From contig JANNXA010000050.1 in the NCBI GenBank assembly GCA_031409275.1, positions 192,001-256,000 of the forward strand: a stretch of 64,000 nucleotides of DNA, given 5' to 3'. The position numbers and the translations under genes are program-made. How positions within the stretch are numbered: the first letter of the stretch is position 1; every line of letters starts with the position of its first letter. Shown one piece after another: positions 18,655-29,026 of this stretch. Source of the DNA: Planctomycetota bacterium (lineage in GTDB: Bacteria > Planctomycetota > B15-G4 > SIAN01). The notes under the pieces are model-generated. The model saw only the letters and a list, made by a program, of their open reading frames with translations, did not search any database and had not been told where the DNA came from.

Positions 18655-19904
18655 ACGCCGCCGTCGCCGTTCGCGATCCGCAGGCGCTGGCGCGCAGCTT
18701 CGACGCCTTCACCCGCATCTCGCGCGAGCTCGAGGTCGCGTACGACCGGCTGCGCGAGCAGGCGGCTCGCATCGACCTCGCGCTGGCCGACACCAACCGT
18801 CGACTCGCCGCCAAGGTCGCCGAGCTCGATGCCGTGCTGTCGAGCTTGAAGGGCGCCGTCGTCGTGACCGATCCGGAAGGCCGCATCACGCTGGCCAATC
18901 GTTCGTTCGCCGAGCTCGCCGGCTCCGAGCCCGACGCCCTGGTCGGCCGTCGCAAGGCGGAGCTGCGCGACGAGCAGGGGCTGCCGCTGTGCGAGCCGAA
19001 CGGCGAGGACGCTGACCGCGTCGCCCTCCCCTGCCGCACGCTCGCCATCGAGGGGGCCACCCGCGTGGTCCGCTCGTCGCGGGCGCCGGTGGTCGACGCC
19101 GATGGCCGCGCGCTCGGCGAGGTCGAAGCGCTCTCGGACGAGACCGAACTCGAGGCGCTTCGAGACGAGGTGCGCCGTCGCGAGACGCTGACCGCGCTCG
19201 GCGAGATGGCCGCCGGCATCGCCCACGAGATCAGGAACCCGCTCACCGCGATCGAAGGCTTCTCGCAACTGCTGATCGCGGTGCTGCCGGACGGCAACGA
19301 CGACTGCGCCAACCATGCGCGACGCATCAGCCAGGCGGTCCGCAAGGCCAACTCCATCATCACCAACCTGCTCTGCTTCGCGCGGCCGGACCAGTTCCGG
19401 CCCCAGCGCTCCCGCCTCGCACCGCTGCTGGCCGAGCTGCGCGCCAGCTTCGTCGACGGCGCCGAAGGGCTCGCGACTGTCGAAGTGCGCGCGACCGAAC
19501 CCACCGATCTCACGGTGGCCTGCGACCTCGCGCTGATCGAGCGCGTGCTGGTCAATCTGGTCGAGAACGCGCGCCGAGAGGCCGGCGCCGCCGGTCGCGT
19601 CGTCGTGCGCGCTCGCGGCGGCGAGGACGAGGTCGTGCTCTCCGTCGAGGATGACGGCCCCGGGATCCCGACCGCGCTGCGCGGGAAGCTGTTCCGACCG
19701 TTCGTCACCGGCCGCGCCGACGGCACCGGACTCGGCCTGTTCCTCGTCCACCGCATCGTCGAGCTGCACCACGGCCGCGTCGTCGCGCAGGACCGCGTCG
19801 GCGGCGGCACGACCTTCACCGTCCACCTGCCCACCGGCGCCGCGACGGCGGCCGCCTCCGCATCGGTCACCGCCTTCGCCAATCTCCGAGGGATCGAAGC
19901 ATGA
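18651..19904 (+). CDS. Cytoplasmic PAS sensor histidine kinase (FleS/FlgS-like)
   Basis: N-terminal coiled coil, PAS, H-box AHEIRNPL, N/G boxes (EDDGPGI, GTGLGL); no TM; GTG start 18651. Confidence 0.9.
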   Translation: MNAAVAVRDPQALARSFDAFTRISRELEVAYDRLREQAARIDLALADTNRRLAAKVAELDAVLSSLKGAVVVTDPEGRITLANRSFAELAGSEPDALVGRRKAELRDEQGLPLCEPNGEDADRVALPCRTLAIEGATRVVRSSRAPVVDADGRALGEVEALSDETELEALRDEVRRRETLTALGEMAAGIAHEIRNPLTAIEGFSQLLIAVLPDGNDDCANHARRISQAVRKANSIITNLLCFARPDQFRPQRSRLAPLLAELRASFVDGAEGLATVEVRATEPTDLTVACDLALIERVLVNLVENARREAGAAGRVVVRARGGEDEVVLSVEDDGPGIPTALRGKLFRPFVTGRADGTGLGLFLVHRIVELHHGRVVAQDRVGGGTTFTVHLPTGAATAAASASVTAFANLRGIEA

Positions 19905-21328
19905 AGCTCGAACGGGCGCTTGTCGTCGAGGACGACCAGCTCGGCCGCGAGTTCGTCGCGGAGGCGCTCGAGCGCCTCGGCATCGCCGCACGCGTGGCGA
20001 GGAACGGCCGGGAGGCGATCGCGCTCCTCGAACGCGAGGAGGTGGACTTCATCCTCACCGACTTGCGCATGCCGGAGGTCGACGGGCTCGGCGTCCTGCG
20101 CGCCGCGCGCGAACTCGCGCCCAACACCCCGATCGCGCTGATGACGGCGCACGGCACGCTCGACATCGCCGTCCAGGCGCTGCGAGAGGGCGCCGACGAC
20201 ATCCTGCTCAAGCCGTTCGGACCCGACCAGCTCGCGCTGCTGCTCGAACGGATCGGCGGCCGCATGCAGCTGCGCCACGAGAACCGGCGGCTGCGCCTCG
20301 AACTCGAAAGCGATGCCGGCACCCGCGAGATCGTCGGCAGCTCGCCAGCGATCCGCTCGGTGCTCGACCAGATCCGGCGCGTCGCGGCCAGCAAAGCGAC
20401 CGTCTTCATCCGCGGCGAGAGCGGCACCGGCAAGGAGCTCGCGGCGCGCGCGATCCACCAGATGTCGCCGCGCAAGGACGCCCCCTTCGTTCGCGTGAAC
20501 TGCGCCGCGCTTTCCGAGACCCTCCTCGAGAGCGAGCTGTTCGGACACGAGCGCGGGGCGTTCACCGGCGCGACGCAGCGGCGCGAGGGGCGCTTCGAAC
20601 TGGCCCACAAGGGAACGTTGCTGCTCGACGAGGTGAGCGAAGTGTCGCCGCGGATCCAGGCCAAGCTGCTGCGCGTCCTCGAAGAGGAGGAGTTCGAGCG
20701 CGTCGGCGGCACGCGCACGCTGCAGGTCGACGTGCGCGTCATCGCGACCAGCAACCGCGACCTCGAAGCGGCGCTGCGCGACGGGTCGTTCCGCGAGGAC
20801 CTCTTCTATCGACTCCACGTGGTGCCGCTGCAGCTGCCGCCGCTGCGCGAGCGGGCGCAGGACGTCCCCGAACTCGCGGCCGCCTTCCTCGCCCGCTTCG
20901 CCAAGGAGAACGGCAAGGTCGTGCGGCGGATCACTCCCGAAGCGATGGGCCGGCTCGCCGCCTATCGCTGGCCGGGCAACATCCGCGAGCTCAGCAACGT
21001 GATCCAGCGCGCCGTCGTGCTGGCGCCCGGCGACACCGTCGAAGTCGAGCAGCTGCCGCTGCCGGCCGTCGAACAGGGCCGCGCCGACGCGATGGCGGGC
21101 GCGGTCGGCATGCGCGCCGAAGACGTCGAGCGCGAGCTGATCCTGCGCACGCTGCGCTCGACCGGCGGCAACCGGACGCGAACCGCCGACCTGCTCGACC
21201 TCACCGCGCGCACCATCAACAACAAGATCCGCCTCTATCGCACGCAAGGCCACGCGATCCCGGAACCGACTCGCGGCATCGCGCGCCCCAAGCCCCGCGA
21301 ACTCGAGGCGGCGGGAGAAGTGACATGA
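19901..21328 (+). CDS. Sigma54-dependent response regulator (FleR/FlgR-like)
   Basis: Receiver (TDLRMP), GESGTGKE, GAFTGA, WPGNIREL, C-terminal HTH; upstream of flgB. Confidence 0.93.
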   Translation: MKLERALVVEDDQLGREFVAEALERLGIAARVARNGREAIALLEREEVDFILTDLRMPEVDGLGVLRAARELAPNTPIALMTAHGTLDIAVQALREGADDILLKPFGPDQLALLLERIGGRMQLRHENRRLRLELESDAGTREIVGSSPAIRSVLDQIRRVAASKATVFIRGESGTGKELAARAIHQMSPRKDAPFVRVNCAALSETLLESELFGHERGAFTGATQRREGRFELAHKGTLLLDEVSEVSPRIQAKLLRVLEEEEFERVGGTRTLQVDVRVIATSNRDLEAALRDGSFREDLFYRLHVVPLQLPPLRERAQDVPELAAAFLARFAKENGKVVRRITPEAMGRLAAYRWPGNIRELSNVIQRAVVLAPGDTVEVEQLPLPAVEQGRADAMAGAVGMRAEDVERELILRTLRSTGGNRTRTADLLDLTARTINNKIRLYRTQGHAIPEPTRGIARPKPRELEAAGEVT

Positions 21329-21699
21329 ACGATTTCGACAAGAGCTTCGCGGTCACGCAGAAGATCCTCGACTGGACCACGGCGCGCGCACGCGCGTTGA
21401 CGACCAACATCGCCCACGCCAGCGAACCGGGCTACAAGCGCGTCGACGTCAGCTTCGCCGACCTGCTGGACGCGATGCGCGCGGAGCGCGATCACGGCCA
21501 GAAGGGCGCGCTCGCCCGCGCCACGCCCAAGCCGGAAGTCGACCTCTTCGCGGCGCCGAGCGCCAACGGCAACACGGTCGACTTCGAGCGCGAACAGGTG
21601 CAGATCGACAAGAACTCGATGACCCACGAGCTCGCCACGTTCTTCGCGAACTCGAAACTCAACTCGATGCGTTCCGCGATCCGCGGCCACGCGAGCTGA
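21325..21699 (+). CDS. flgB: Flagellar basal-body rod protein FlgB
   Basis: NIAHASEPGYKRVDVSF, NGNTVDFERE; ATGA overlap start. Confidence 0.88.
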   Translation: MNDFDKSFAVTQKILDWTTARARALTTNIAHASEPGYKRVDVSFADLLDAMRAERDHGQKGALARATPKPEVDLFAAPSANGNTVDFEREQVQIDKNSMTHELATFFANSKLNSMRSAIRGHAS

Positions 21700-21710
21700 A
21701 GGAGGTTGCC

Positions 21711-22151
21711 ATGTCGGAACCGCTGTCGTTCCAGGTCTTCGACATCACGGCGTCGGCGCTCGCCGCCGAACGCACGCGCCTTGCCGTGATCGCGCAGAAC
21801 ATCGCCAACTCCGAGGTGACGAAGGCGGCGAACGGCCAGCCCTACCGCCGGCAGCGCGTGCAGTTCGAGGGCGTGCTGGCGCAGGAAGTCGCGCGCCGCG
21901 GCAAGGGCCAGGGCAGCCTGCCGGCCGGCGGCATTCGCGCCATCGTCGGCGACGCGCCCGGCGACTTCCAGCGCGTGCGCGACCCCGGACACAAGGACGC
22001 GGACAAGGACGGCTGGGTGCAGAAGCCCAACGTCAACGTCGTCGAGGAGATGGTCGACATGATCGACGCCTCGCGCACCTACGAAGCGAACCTCTCCGCG
22101 CTGCGCACCTGGAAGCAGATGCTGTCGCGCACGCTCGAGATGACCCGGTGA
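21711..22151 (+). CDS. flgC: Flagellar basal-body rod protein FlgC
   Basis: IAQNIAN, PYRR, PNVNVVEEMVDMIDASRTYEAN. Confidence 0.95.
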   Translation: MSEPLSFQVFDITASALAAERTRLAVIAQNIANSEVTKAANGQPYRRQRVQFEGVLAQEVARRGKGQGSLPAGGIRAIVGDAPGDFQRVRDPGHKDADKDGWVQKPNVNVVEEMVDMIDASRTYEANLSALRTWKQMLSRTLEMTR

Positions 22152-22441
22152 GCGGGCTCGACGTCAGCCAGGTCCGCTCGCTGCTCGAGCAGGCCCAGAA
22201 AGGCGCCGCCGGCAAGTCGAATGCGACGCCGGCCCAGGACTTCGCCGACCTGCTGGCCGAGACCAGCCAGAAGCAGCGCGGGGCCGAGAAGGCGTTCGAG
22301 GACTACGCCGTCGCCGGCAAGGGCGAACTGCACGACGTGATGGCGCAGATGGCGAAGGCCGACGTCGCGTTCCGCTTCCTGCTCGAGGTGCGCAACAAGC
22401 TGACCGACGCCTACCAGGAGATCTCGCGCATCCAGGTCTAG
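22148..22441 (+). CDS. fliE: Flagellar hook-basal body protein FliE
   Basis: LHDVM...EVRNKLTDAYQEISRIQV. Confidence 0.95.
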   Translation: MSGLDVSQVRSLLEQAQKGAAGKSNATPAQDFADLLAETSQKQRGAEKAFEDYAVAGKGELHDVMAQMAKADVAFRFLLEVRNKLTDAYQEISRIQV

Positions 22442-22484
22442 GCCCTGATTCGTGCCCGATCGAACCACCGAAAGCGAGTGATCC

Positions 22485-24095
22485 ATGAACTTCTGGCAGG
22501 AGATCCTGAGCCGTCCCCGCGACGTCTACGCGAAGCTCTCGCGCGGACAACGCTTCGGCGTGCTTGCGCTCTTCTCGATCGGTGTCGTCGTCGCCGTGCT
22601 GTCGAGCCTGCTCGCCGGCCGCCAGAGCTACTCGATGCTCTACAGCGGCCTCGAGCCCGACGCCGCCAGCGAGCTGGTGACCAAGCTCGCCGAGCTCGGC
22701 GTCCCCTACACGATCTCGCCCGACGGCGGGATGGTGTCGGTCCCCGACGACCGCGTCGCCGAGATCAAGATGCAGCTCGCCGCGGCAGGGCTGCCGAAGA
22801 TCGGCTCGAGCGGCTGGGACCTCTTCGACGGCAACCAGCTCGGCCTCACCGACTCGCTGTTCAACGTCAACCTGCAGCGCGCGATCCAGGGCGAGATCGA
22901 GAAGTCGATCACCAAGTGCGGCCCGGTGAAGCAGGCGCGCGTGATGGTCTCGCTCAAGGAACCGGGCGTCTACTCGAAGGACAAGTCGCGGGCGTCGGCG
23001 TCCGTCACGCTGTGGCTGCGGCCCGGCATGCCGCTGTCCGACTCGCAGGTCGCCGCGGTCGCTCACGTCGTCGCCGCGGGCGTCGGCTACGGCATGCGTC
23101 CCGAGGACGTGAAGATCAGCGATTCGAACTTCAACCTGCTCTACCCAAGCGGGAACGGCAACGACCCGATGTTCTCGACGGAGTACCTCCAGAAGGCGCA
23201 GTCGCTGGAGCGCGCGCTGCAGGAGAAGGCCGAGTCGCAGCTGCGCACGGCGTTCGGCGAGAACAAGGCTTCGGTGCGGGTCAGCGTCGAGCTCGACCTG
23301 AAGCACCGCGAGAAGGCGATCGAGAAGGTCGACGACAAGAACAAGGTCCCGGTGAAGCTGTTCGTCGACAAGGAGGAGCTCGCCGGCGGCAGCGCGACCG
23401 GCGGCGACCCGAGCCTTTCGAGCGGACCGAAGAAGAGCGGCGAGCCGAAGACGCTGCGGTCGGAGTCGCAGACGGAGTACCGCGAAGGCGTCGAGCGGTC
23501 GCTCGAGATCGAGGCGGCCGGCCAGATCCTCCACATGTCGGTGAGCCTCCTCCTCGACGAGAGCCTGATCGCGCCCGGAGCCGACGGCCAGCCCGCGGTG
23601 AAGGCCGAAGACATCGAAGCGATCGTGAAGAACGCGGTCGGATTCGTCGAGGGCAAGGGCAAGACTCGCCAGGACTCGTTCAAGACGATGACCACCGCCT
23701 TCGCGAAGGCGGCGGCGCCGGAGGAGCCGGCGGGCCCCTTCGCGATCGAGAACCTGCTGCCGCTCGCCGGCCACCTCGCCGAGGCGATCACCGTCCTCGT
23801 GGTCCTGCTGACGCTGACCCGCATCGTGCGCGGCGGCGCTCCGAAGGCCAAGAAGAGCTCGGCGACGACGGCGATGAGCGGAGCGAACGGCGCCGCGATG
23901 GCGGGGAAGGCCGGCAAAGCCGGCAAGCCCGCGAAGAACACCGGCGTCGAGGACCTCGACGAGATGGAGGAGCTGGTGCTCGGCGCGGAGCGAGGCATCG
24001 ACGTGCGCACGCGCCTCGCCCGCTTCGTCCAGCACCATCCCGACCAGGCGCGCGAAGTGTTGGTGGCGTGGCTCAAGGAAGAAGCGGCGGCCTGA
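22485..24095 (+). CDS. fliF: Flagellar MS-ring protein FliF
   Basis: Two TMs, GWDLFD, QRAIQGEIEKSI, ASASVTL; synteny. Confidence 0.92.
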   Translation: MNFWQEILSRPRDVYAKLSRGQRFGVLALFSIGVVVAVLSSLLAGRQSYSMLYSGLEPDAASELVTKLAELGVPYTISPDGGMVSVPDDRVAEIKMQLAAAGLPKIGSSGWDLFDGNQLGLTDSLFNVNLQRAIQGEIEKSITKCGPVKQARVMVSLKEPGVYSKDKSRASASVTLWLRPGMPLSDSQVAAVAHVVAAGVGYGMRPEDVKISDSNFNLLYPSGNGNDPMFSTEYLQKAQSLERALQEKAESQLRTAFGENKASVRVSVELDLKHREKAIEKVDDKNKVPVKLFVDKEELAGGSATGGDPSLSSGPKKSGEPKTLRSESQTEYREGVERSLEIEAAGQILHMSVSLLLDESLIAPGADGQPAVKAEDIEAIVKNAVGFVEGKGKTRQDSFKTMTTAFAKAAAPEEPAGPFAIENLLPLAGHLAEAITVLVVLLTLTRIVRGGAPKAKKSSATTAMSGANGAAMAGKAGKAGKPAKNTGVEDLDEMEELVLGAERGIDVRTRLARFVQHHPDQAREVLVAWLKEEAAA

Positions 24096-24122
24096 CGGCC
24101 CGATCCGGATCGGAGGAACTCC

Positions 24123-25124
24123 ATGGTCATGAAGCTGCGCGGTGCCCAGAAGATTGCAGCGGTCCTGCTCGGTCTCGACAAGGACGTCGCGGCGCGGCTC
24201 ATGCAGGCGTTGCCCAGCGATCGGCTCGATCCCGTCACGGAGGCGATGGTCGAGCTCTCCGATCGCCGTCTCACGCCGCAGGACACCGAGCCGGCGCTGG
24301 ACGAGTACGTGAAGCGCATCGCGGCCGGCGCATCGGCCACGAACGACTTCAAGGAACTGCTGCGCCAGGCCCTCGGCGCGGAGAGGGCCGACGAGCACCT
24401 CCACAAGATGCAGGGGCTGCGCGAGCGCGGCAATCCGCTGGCGCCGCTCGAGCTGCTGCCGCCGCAGGAAGTGGCGGAAGTGCTGCAGGACGAGAACGAG
24501 CAGGTCTGCGCCATCGTGCTGACCGGCATGAAGGCGACCGCGGCGGCGCGCGTGCTCGAGTGCTTCCCCGTCGAGCGCCGTCCGCTGGTGATCGGCCGCA
24601 TCGCCAAGTCGGCGACGCCGCGCCGCGAGCTGCAGGAGGAGATCGCGGCCGCGCTGCTGATGCGACTGGCACCGGCGCAACCGACACGTCGCGGCGACGC
24701 CCGCGGCGTCTCCGTCGCGGCGCAGATCATCAACTACCTCTCGCAAGACACCGAGGCAGCGATCACCGAGTCGCTGCAGCAGTCGGAGGAGACGCTGTTC
24801 CAGCAGATCGACGAGCAGCGCGTGACGATGGAGGACCTCGTCGGCATCGACAAGCGGGCCATGCAGAAGATCCTCGCGGCGATCGACACGCGCGTGCTCA
24901 CCGTCGCGCTCAAGAGCGCCTCCAAGGAAGTCGAGAGCGCGATCCTCGACAACGTCTCGAAGCGTTCGCGCGAGACGATCCTCGAGGAGCGCGAGCTGCT
25001 CGGCGCGCTGCCGATGACCGAGATCCAGCAGGCGCGCATGGAGCTCCTGAACCAGGTGCGCGCGCTCATGAAGAGCGGCGAAGTGAAGCTGCGCCGAGCG
25101 GGAGGCGACGATGTCGTCGAATGA
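24123..25124 (+). CDS. fliG: Flagellar motor switch protein FliG (divergent)
   Basis: GAQKIAAVLL, ALK, NVSKR; synteny. Confidence 0.9.
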   Translation: MVMKLRGAQKIAAVLLGLDKDVAARLMQALPSDRLDPVTEAMVELSDRRLTPQDTEPALDEYVKRIAAGASATNDFKELLRQALGAERADEHLHKMQGLRERGNPLAPLELLPPQEVAEVLQDENEQVCAIVLTGMKATAAARVLECFPVERRPLVIGRIAKSATPRRELQEEIAAALLMRLAPAQPTRRGDARGVSVAAQIINYLSQDTEAAITESLQQSEETLFQQIDEQRVTMEDLVGIDKRAMQKILAAIDTRVLTVALKSASKEVESAILDNVSKRSRETILEERELLGALPMTEIQQARMELLNQVRALMKSGEVKLRRAGGDDVVE

Positions 25125-25686
25125 CGCCGCGAACGACAAGGTCTGCCACGCGCTCGCCGGAGTGGGCGCGCGCGCGGGCGGCGTCTCGATGCGCGCCGGA
25201 GCGACCGTGCGCGTGGTCGATCGCACCCCGGCGCTGCCGCCGCCGCCGACCATCGATGTCGCGCCGCTGGCGCGCGCGCTCGAGGCCGGCTTCAAGTCCT
25301 TGAAGGTGCAGGTCGAGATCAGCTTCGCCGAGATCGAGCGCGAGTGCGTCGAGCTCGCGCTCGGCGCTGCCGAGGCGCTGACGCGCGCGCGCTGCGAGCG
25401 CGGCGAACTGGCGCTGGAGGCGCCGCTCAGCGCGCTGCTCGCAGCCAAGCGACGCGAGCTCGAGACGCTGCCCGCGCTGCTGCGACTTCACCCCGCCGAC
25501 GCCGAGGCGATCGGCCCGAAGCTCGCCGAGCTCACGCCGCCAAACGCCCGGGTCGAGCTGCTCGCGGATGGCGCTTCGCCGCGCGGCCAGCTGGCGCTCG
25601 AGATCGGCGCGGCGCGCGTGGTCTGGTCGCTCGGCCAGGAGATCGCGCAGATGCGGCGCGCGCTCTTCGACGGAGGCAAGAGCTGA
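25111..25686 (+). CDS. fliH: Flagellar assembly protein FliH (short, divergent)
   Basis: LRLHPAD motif; lies between fliG and fliI. Confidence 0.7.
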   Translation: MSSNDAANDKVCHALAGVGARAGGVSMRAGATVRVVDRTPALPPPPTIDVAPLARALEAGFKSLKVQVEISFAEIERECVELALGAAEALTRARCERGELALEAPLSALLAAKRRELETLPALLRLHPADAEAIGPKLAELTPPNARVELLADGASPRGQLALEIGAARVVWSLGQEIAQMRRALFDGGKS

Positions 25687-27017
25687 TGCCGGCGCTGCGA
25701 CTGGCCCGCTTCAAGGAGCGGATCCCGACGGGGCTCGCGCTGCGCCGCGAAGGGCGCATCCGTCGACTCGTCGGCATGACGCTCGAGGCGGAGGGGCTTC
25801 CGGGCGAGATCGGCGAGCTCTGCTTCGTGCAGGGCGCGCACGGCGAAGTGCCCGTCGAGATCGTCGGTTTCCATGGTGAACGCACCACGCTGCTCCCGCT
25901 CGAGCGGCTCGACGGCATCGCCGATGGCGCGCTGGTCGTCGCCACCGGCGGTCCGTTCTGCGCACCGGTCGGCACCGCGCTGCTCGGCCGCGTGATCGAC
26001 GGCCTCGGGCGGCCGCTCGACGGGAAGGGCGAGCTGCAGGACGTCGGCCGCCGCCCGCTGCTCGCGCCGCCGCCCGATGCGATGAGCCGTCCCAGCATCG
26101 TGCAGCGCTTCGAGACCGGCGTGCGCGCGATCGACCTGCTGAACACGCTCGGAGAGGGACAGCGCGTCGGCATCTTCGCCGGCTCCGGCGTCGGCAAGTC
26201 GACGCTGCTCGGCAAGATCCTGCGCGAAGCGAAGGCCGACGTGACGGTGCTGGCGCTGATCGGCGAGCGCAATCGCGAAGTGCGCGATTTCGTCGACAAG
26301 CAGCTCGGCGTAGCCGGACTGCGCCGCGCCGTGGTGGTCGCCTCCACCTCCGATCGCCCCGCTCTGCAACGGCTGAAGGCGGCGCACCTCGCGGCCACCA
26401 TCGCCGACCACTTCCGCGACGAAGGCAAGCGCGTGCTGCTGGTGATGGACAGCGCGACGCGCTTCGCGATGGCGCTGCGCGAGGCGGGGCTCGCTGCCGG
26501 CGAGCCACCGACCACGCGCGGTTACCCGCCGTCGCTCTTCGCCGAGCTGCCTCGATTGGTCGAGCGCTTCGGAACCAGCGCCAAGGGCTCGATCACCGCA
26601 TTGCTCACCGTGCTGGTCGAAGGCGACGACATGAACGACCCGGTCGCCGACTGCTTGCGCGGCCTCCTCGACGGCCACCTCGTGCTGTCGCGCACGCTGG
26701 CGGAACGCGGCCACTATCCGCCGATCGATCCGCTGAAGAGCCTGTCGCGTCTCATGGACCAGGTCAGCGGCGCGCGCCACCAGGCCGCCGCGCAGAAGCT
26801 GCGCCACTGGCTGGCGCTCTACGAGGACCACCGCGACCTGATCGAGATCGGCGCCTACCGACGCGGCAGCGAACCGATGCTGGACAAGGTGCTGGAGAAG
26901 CTGCCGCAGATCCATGCGCTGCTGAAGCAGGCGCCGGACGAGCGCGCGCCCTTCGACGCCGCGCTCGCCGCGCTGGTCGCGCTGACCGAGCCGACCGAGC
27001 CGAGGAGCTCGCCGTGA
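25686..27017 (+). CDS. fliI: Flagellar export ATPase FliI
   Basis: GSGVGKS Walker A, IGERNREV, LDGHLVLSR; TGATG overlap start. Confidence 0.95.
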   Translation: MPALRLARFKERIPTGLALRREGRIRRLVGMTLEAEGLPGEIGELCFVQGAHGEVPVEIVGFHGERTTLLPLERLDGIADGALVVATGGPFCAPVGTALLGRVIDGLGRPLDGKGELQDVGRRPLLAPPPDAMSRPSIVQRFETGVRAIDLLNTLGEGQRVGIFAGSGVGKSTLLGKILREAKADVTVLALIGERNREVRDFVDKQLGVAGLRRAVVVASTSDRPALQRLKAAHLAATIADHFRDEGKRVLLVMDSATRFAMALREAGLAAGEPPTTRGYPPSLFAELPRLVERFGTSAKGSITALLTVLVEGDDMNDPVADCLRGLLDGHLVLSRTLAERGHYPPIDPLKSLSRLMDQVSGARHQAAAQKLRHWLALYEDHRDLIEIGAYRRGSEPMLDKVLEKLPQIHALLKQAPDERAPFDAALAALVALTEPTEPRSSP

Positions 27018-27460
27018 AGAAGAGCGGGCTGGCGAGCTGGCACAAGCTGGTCGACGCGCAGGTGCGCGAGCGCAAGCTCGCGTTGGCGCGGGCGCGGCAA
27101 CTGGCGGCGCGCTGCGCCGACATCGAAGCGGTGCTCCTCGGCGAGAGGGCTCGGCGAGACGAGGAGGAGCGGCGCCTGCGCGCGGCGGGCGAGCTGCCCG
27201 ACTTCGCGCGCGAACGGATGAACGTGCTGCTCGAGCAGACACTCGAGCGCGCACGCGACAAGCTCGCCGCCGCACGCGTCGGCGAGGAGCGCGCGCTGGC
27301 CGGGCTGCGCGAGGCGTGGCAGCGCGCGACCGCGGTGGAGCGACTGCTCGACCGCCGCCGCGAGCGCGACGCGACGCAGCGGCTGCAAACGGAACAGAAG
27401 GAAATCGATGAGGTCGCGACGCGGCGTGCCGCCGCTTCGCTCACGGAGACGCGGCGATGA
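27014..27460 (+). CDS. fliJ: Flagellar export protein FliJ
   Basis: Coiled coil ending EQKEIDE, directly after fliI. Confidence 0.8.
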   Translation: MKKSGLASWHKLVDAQVRERKLALARARQLAARCADIEAVLLGERARRDEEERRLRAAGELPDFARERMNVLLEQTLERARDKLAAARVGEERALAGLREAWQRATAVERLLDRRRERDATQRLQTEQKEIDEVATRRAAASLTETRR

Positions 27461-28182
27461 AGAAGCTGATGCCTTGGCTGCGATTGGGTGCGTTCTGCTT
27501 CGCGCTGTTCGGCATCTCGGCGTTGGCCGTGCTGCTCAAGCAAGGGCGCTTGCTGCAGCACGAGAAGGGGCCCGACGAGCAGGTCGGCGAGCACCCCGAA
27601 GGTGAGCCCGAAGAGAAGGAGGAGGCGGTGAAGGCCTCCCTTGGCGGCAGCACGAATCCCGCCGCCGGCACCGACGACGCCAAGCGCGCGAAGTCGCTTG
27701 CGACCGGTCGCGCGCTGTTCGACCTGCCGGCACCGATCTCGATCGCCGAGGCGAGCGACCTGCTGAACGAGCTCAAGCGGCAGAAGGCCGACAACGACGT
27801 TCGCCGCGCCGCGCTCGAACAGCGCGAGCGTGAAGTCGCGGCCATGGAGAGCGAGATCGAGACGCGCCGGACCGAGGTGATCAAGCTCATCGACAAGCTC
27901 CAGCTGAGCACGCCCGTCGCCCCTGGCGACGCCGCCGAAGAACCGCTCGATCCGAAGGCGCTCACGGTGCTTGCCGGCATCGTCGCGTCGATGCAGCCGG
28001 ATGTCGCCGCGCGTTGGTTGGAGCAGACGGAGGCCGGCAAGGCGGCGATGATCCTGCTGCGGATGGAAGAGGCGAAGGCGGCCGAGGTGCTGGCGCTGAT
28101 CGCGCCCGACAAGCTCCTCAAGCTCACCGACATGCTGCTGCGGACGAAGGTGGACACGGACGCGGAGAGCGACGGCGGCTGA
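27457..28182 (+). CDS. MotE/YlxF-like protein (TM, coiled coil, MgtE-N-like domain)
   Basis: SMQPDVAA...ILLRMEEAKAAEVLA; typical position after fliJ. Confidence 0.75.
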   Translation: MKKLMPWLRLGAFCFALFGISALAVLLKQGRLLQHEKGPDEQVGEHPEGEPEEKEEAVKASLGGSTNPAAGTDDAKRAKSLATGRALFDLPAPISIAEASDLLNELKRQKADNDVRRAALEQREREVAAMESEIETRRTEVIKLIDKLQLSTPVAPGDAAEEPLDPKALTVLAGIVASMQPDVAARWLEQTEAGKAAMILLRMEEAKAAEVLALIAPDKLLKLTDMLLRTKVDTDAESDGG

Positions 28183-28243
28183 CCCCGTCGACCGGCGCGC
28201 GCGTCGGTCGATGACGGAGAGGAGCGGCGGTCCGGCGCCGCTC

Positions 28244-28256
28244 GGAACGAAGTTCC
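28244..28256. promoter_or_regulatory. GGAA-N5-TTCC palindrome upstream of fliL
   Basis: GGAAcgaagTTCC, ~130 bp upstream of a GG-N10-GC element. Confidence 0.5.
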
Positions 28257-28384
28257 CGCTTCTCCTCAAGCGTGGGCCGATCGTCGTCCGATAGGTCACC
28301 CGGCGCACATTCCGGCCGAGCGGCTCACCCCGACCGGTCAGGGAACGACGGGCGTCTCCGGAGGGGGAAGCGCGCGACGCGTGC

Positions 28385-28399
28385 AGGAACCGCATTGGC
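28385..28399 (+). promoter_or_regulatory. Putative sigma54 promoter of fliLMN
   Basis: AGGAAC-CGCAT-TGGC (GG-N10-GC), imperfect. Confidence 0.4.
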
Positions 28400-28447
28400 A
28401 TCTCGACGGAAGCGTCGGCGCCGAGCGCTGACGCAGGAGATCGGCAG

Positions 28448-29026
28448 ATGTCCGAGGCCGAAAAGAAAGAACCAGCCAAGGACGGCGCCCCAGCCGCCCC
28501 AGCCGCCCCAGCCGCCCCAGCCGCTCCGAGCAAGCTCAAGTCGCTGCTGCCCTATCTCCTCGGCGGCCTCACGTCGATTGGACTCGGCCTCACGGCCGCG
28601 ATCGTCACCGCTCCCGTCCACAGCGATCCGACGGTGATCGAGGAGCACGAAGAGCCGCCGCCGACGCCGCTCGACTCCTTCCTCCCGCCTTGCAAGATCG
28701 CCCTCGGCGAGATGACCGTGGGGCTCGCCAGCGCCGGCAAATCCTCCGGCGCGAACATGAGCCTCGTCCTCGAGGTGCGCGTCAAGGACCTGCTGAAGCA
28801 GAAGGAGATCGAGGAGGGTTGCGCCAAAGGCGGAGGGCTCGCCGCGCCGGTGCGCGATGCGCTGATCACGCTGATGTCCGGCAAGCAGGCGACCGACCTC
28901 AAGTCCCCGCATGGCCATCAGCTGTTCAAGCTCGAGGTCCTCGACAAGCTTGCGCCGATCCTCTTCCCCGACCAGGCCGAGGGCGCCCTCACCGGCGTCT
29001 ACTTCGAAAAGTTCCTCGTCGAATGA
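28448..29026 (+). CDS. fliL: Flagellar basal-body-associated protein FliL
   Basis: Single TM, PVRDALITLMSGK, GVYFEKFLVE C-terminus. Confidence 0.88.
   Translation: MSEAEKKEPAKDGAPAAPAAPAAPAAPSKLKSLLPYLLGGLTSIGLGLTAAIVTAPVHSDPTVIEEHEEPPPTPLDSFLPPCKIALGEMTVGLASAGKSSGANMSLVLEVRVKDLLKQKEIEEGCAKGGGLAAPVRDALITLMSGKQATDLKSPHGHQLFKLEVLDKLAPILFPDQAEGALTGVYFEKFLVE
28487..28522 (+). repeat. Perfect 9-bp tandem repeat (GCCCCAGCC x4) encoding (APA)4 in FliL
   Basis: Four identical units read directly. Confidence 0.9.

Noticed and set aside
15258..28294. Sigma28-like CTCAAG...CCGA elements at 15258 and 28266
   Set aside because: Both have 17-nt rather than 15-nt spacing, so they were not called; the shared spacing could still merit TSS mapping.
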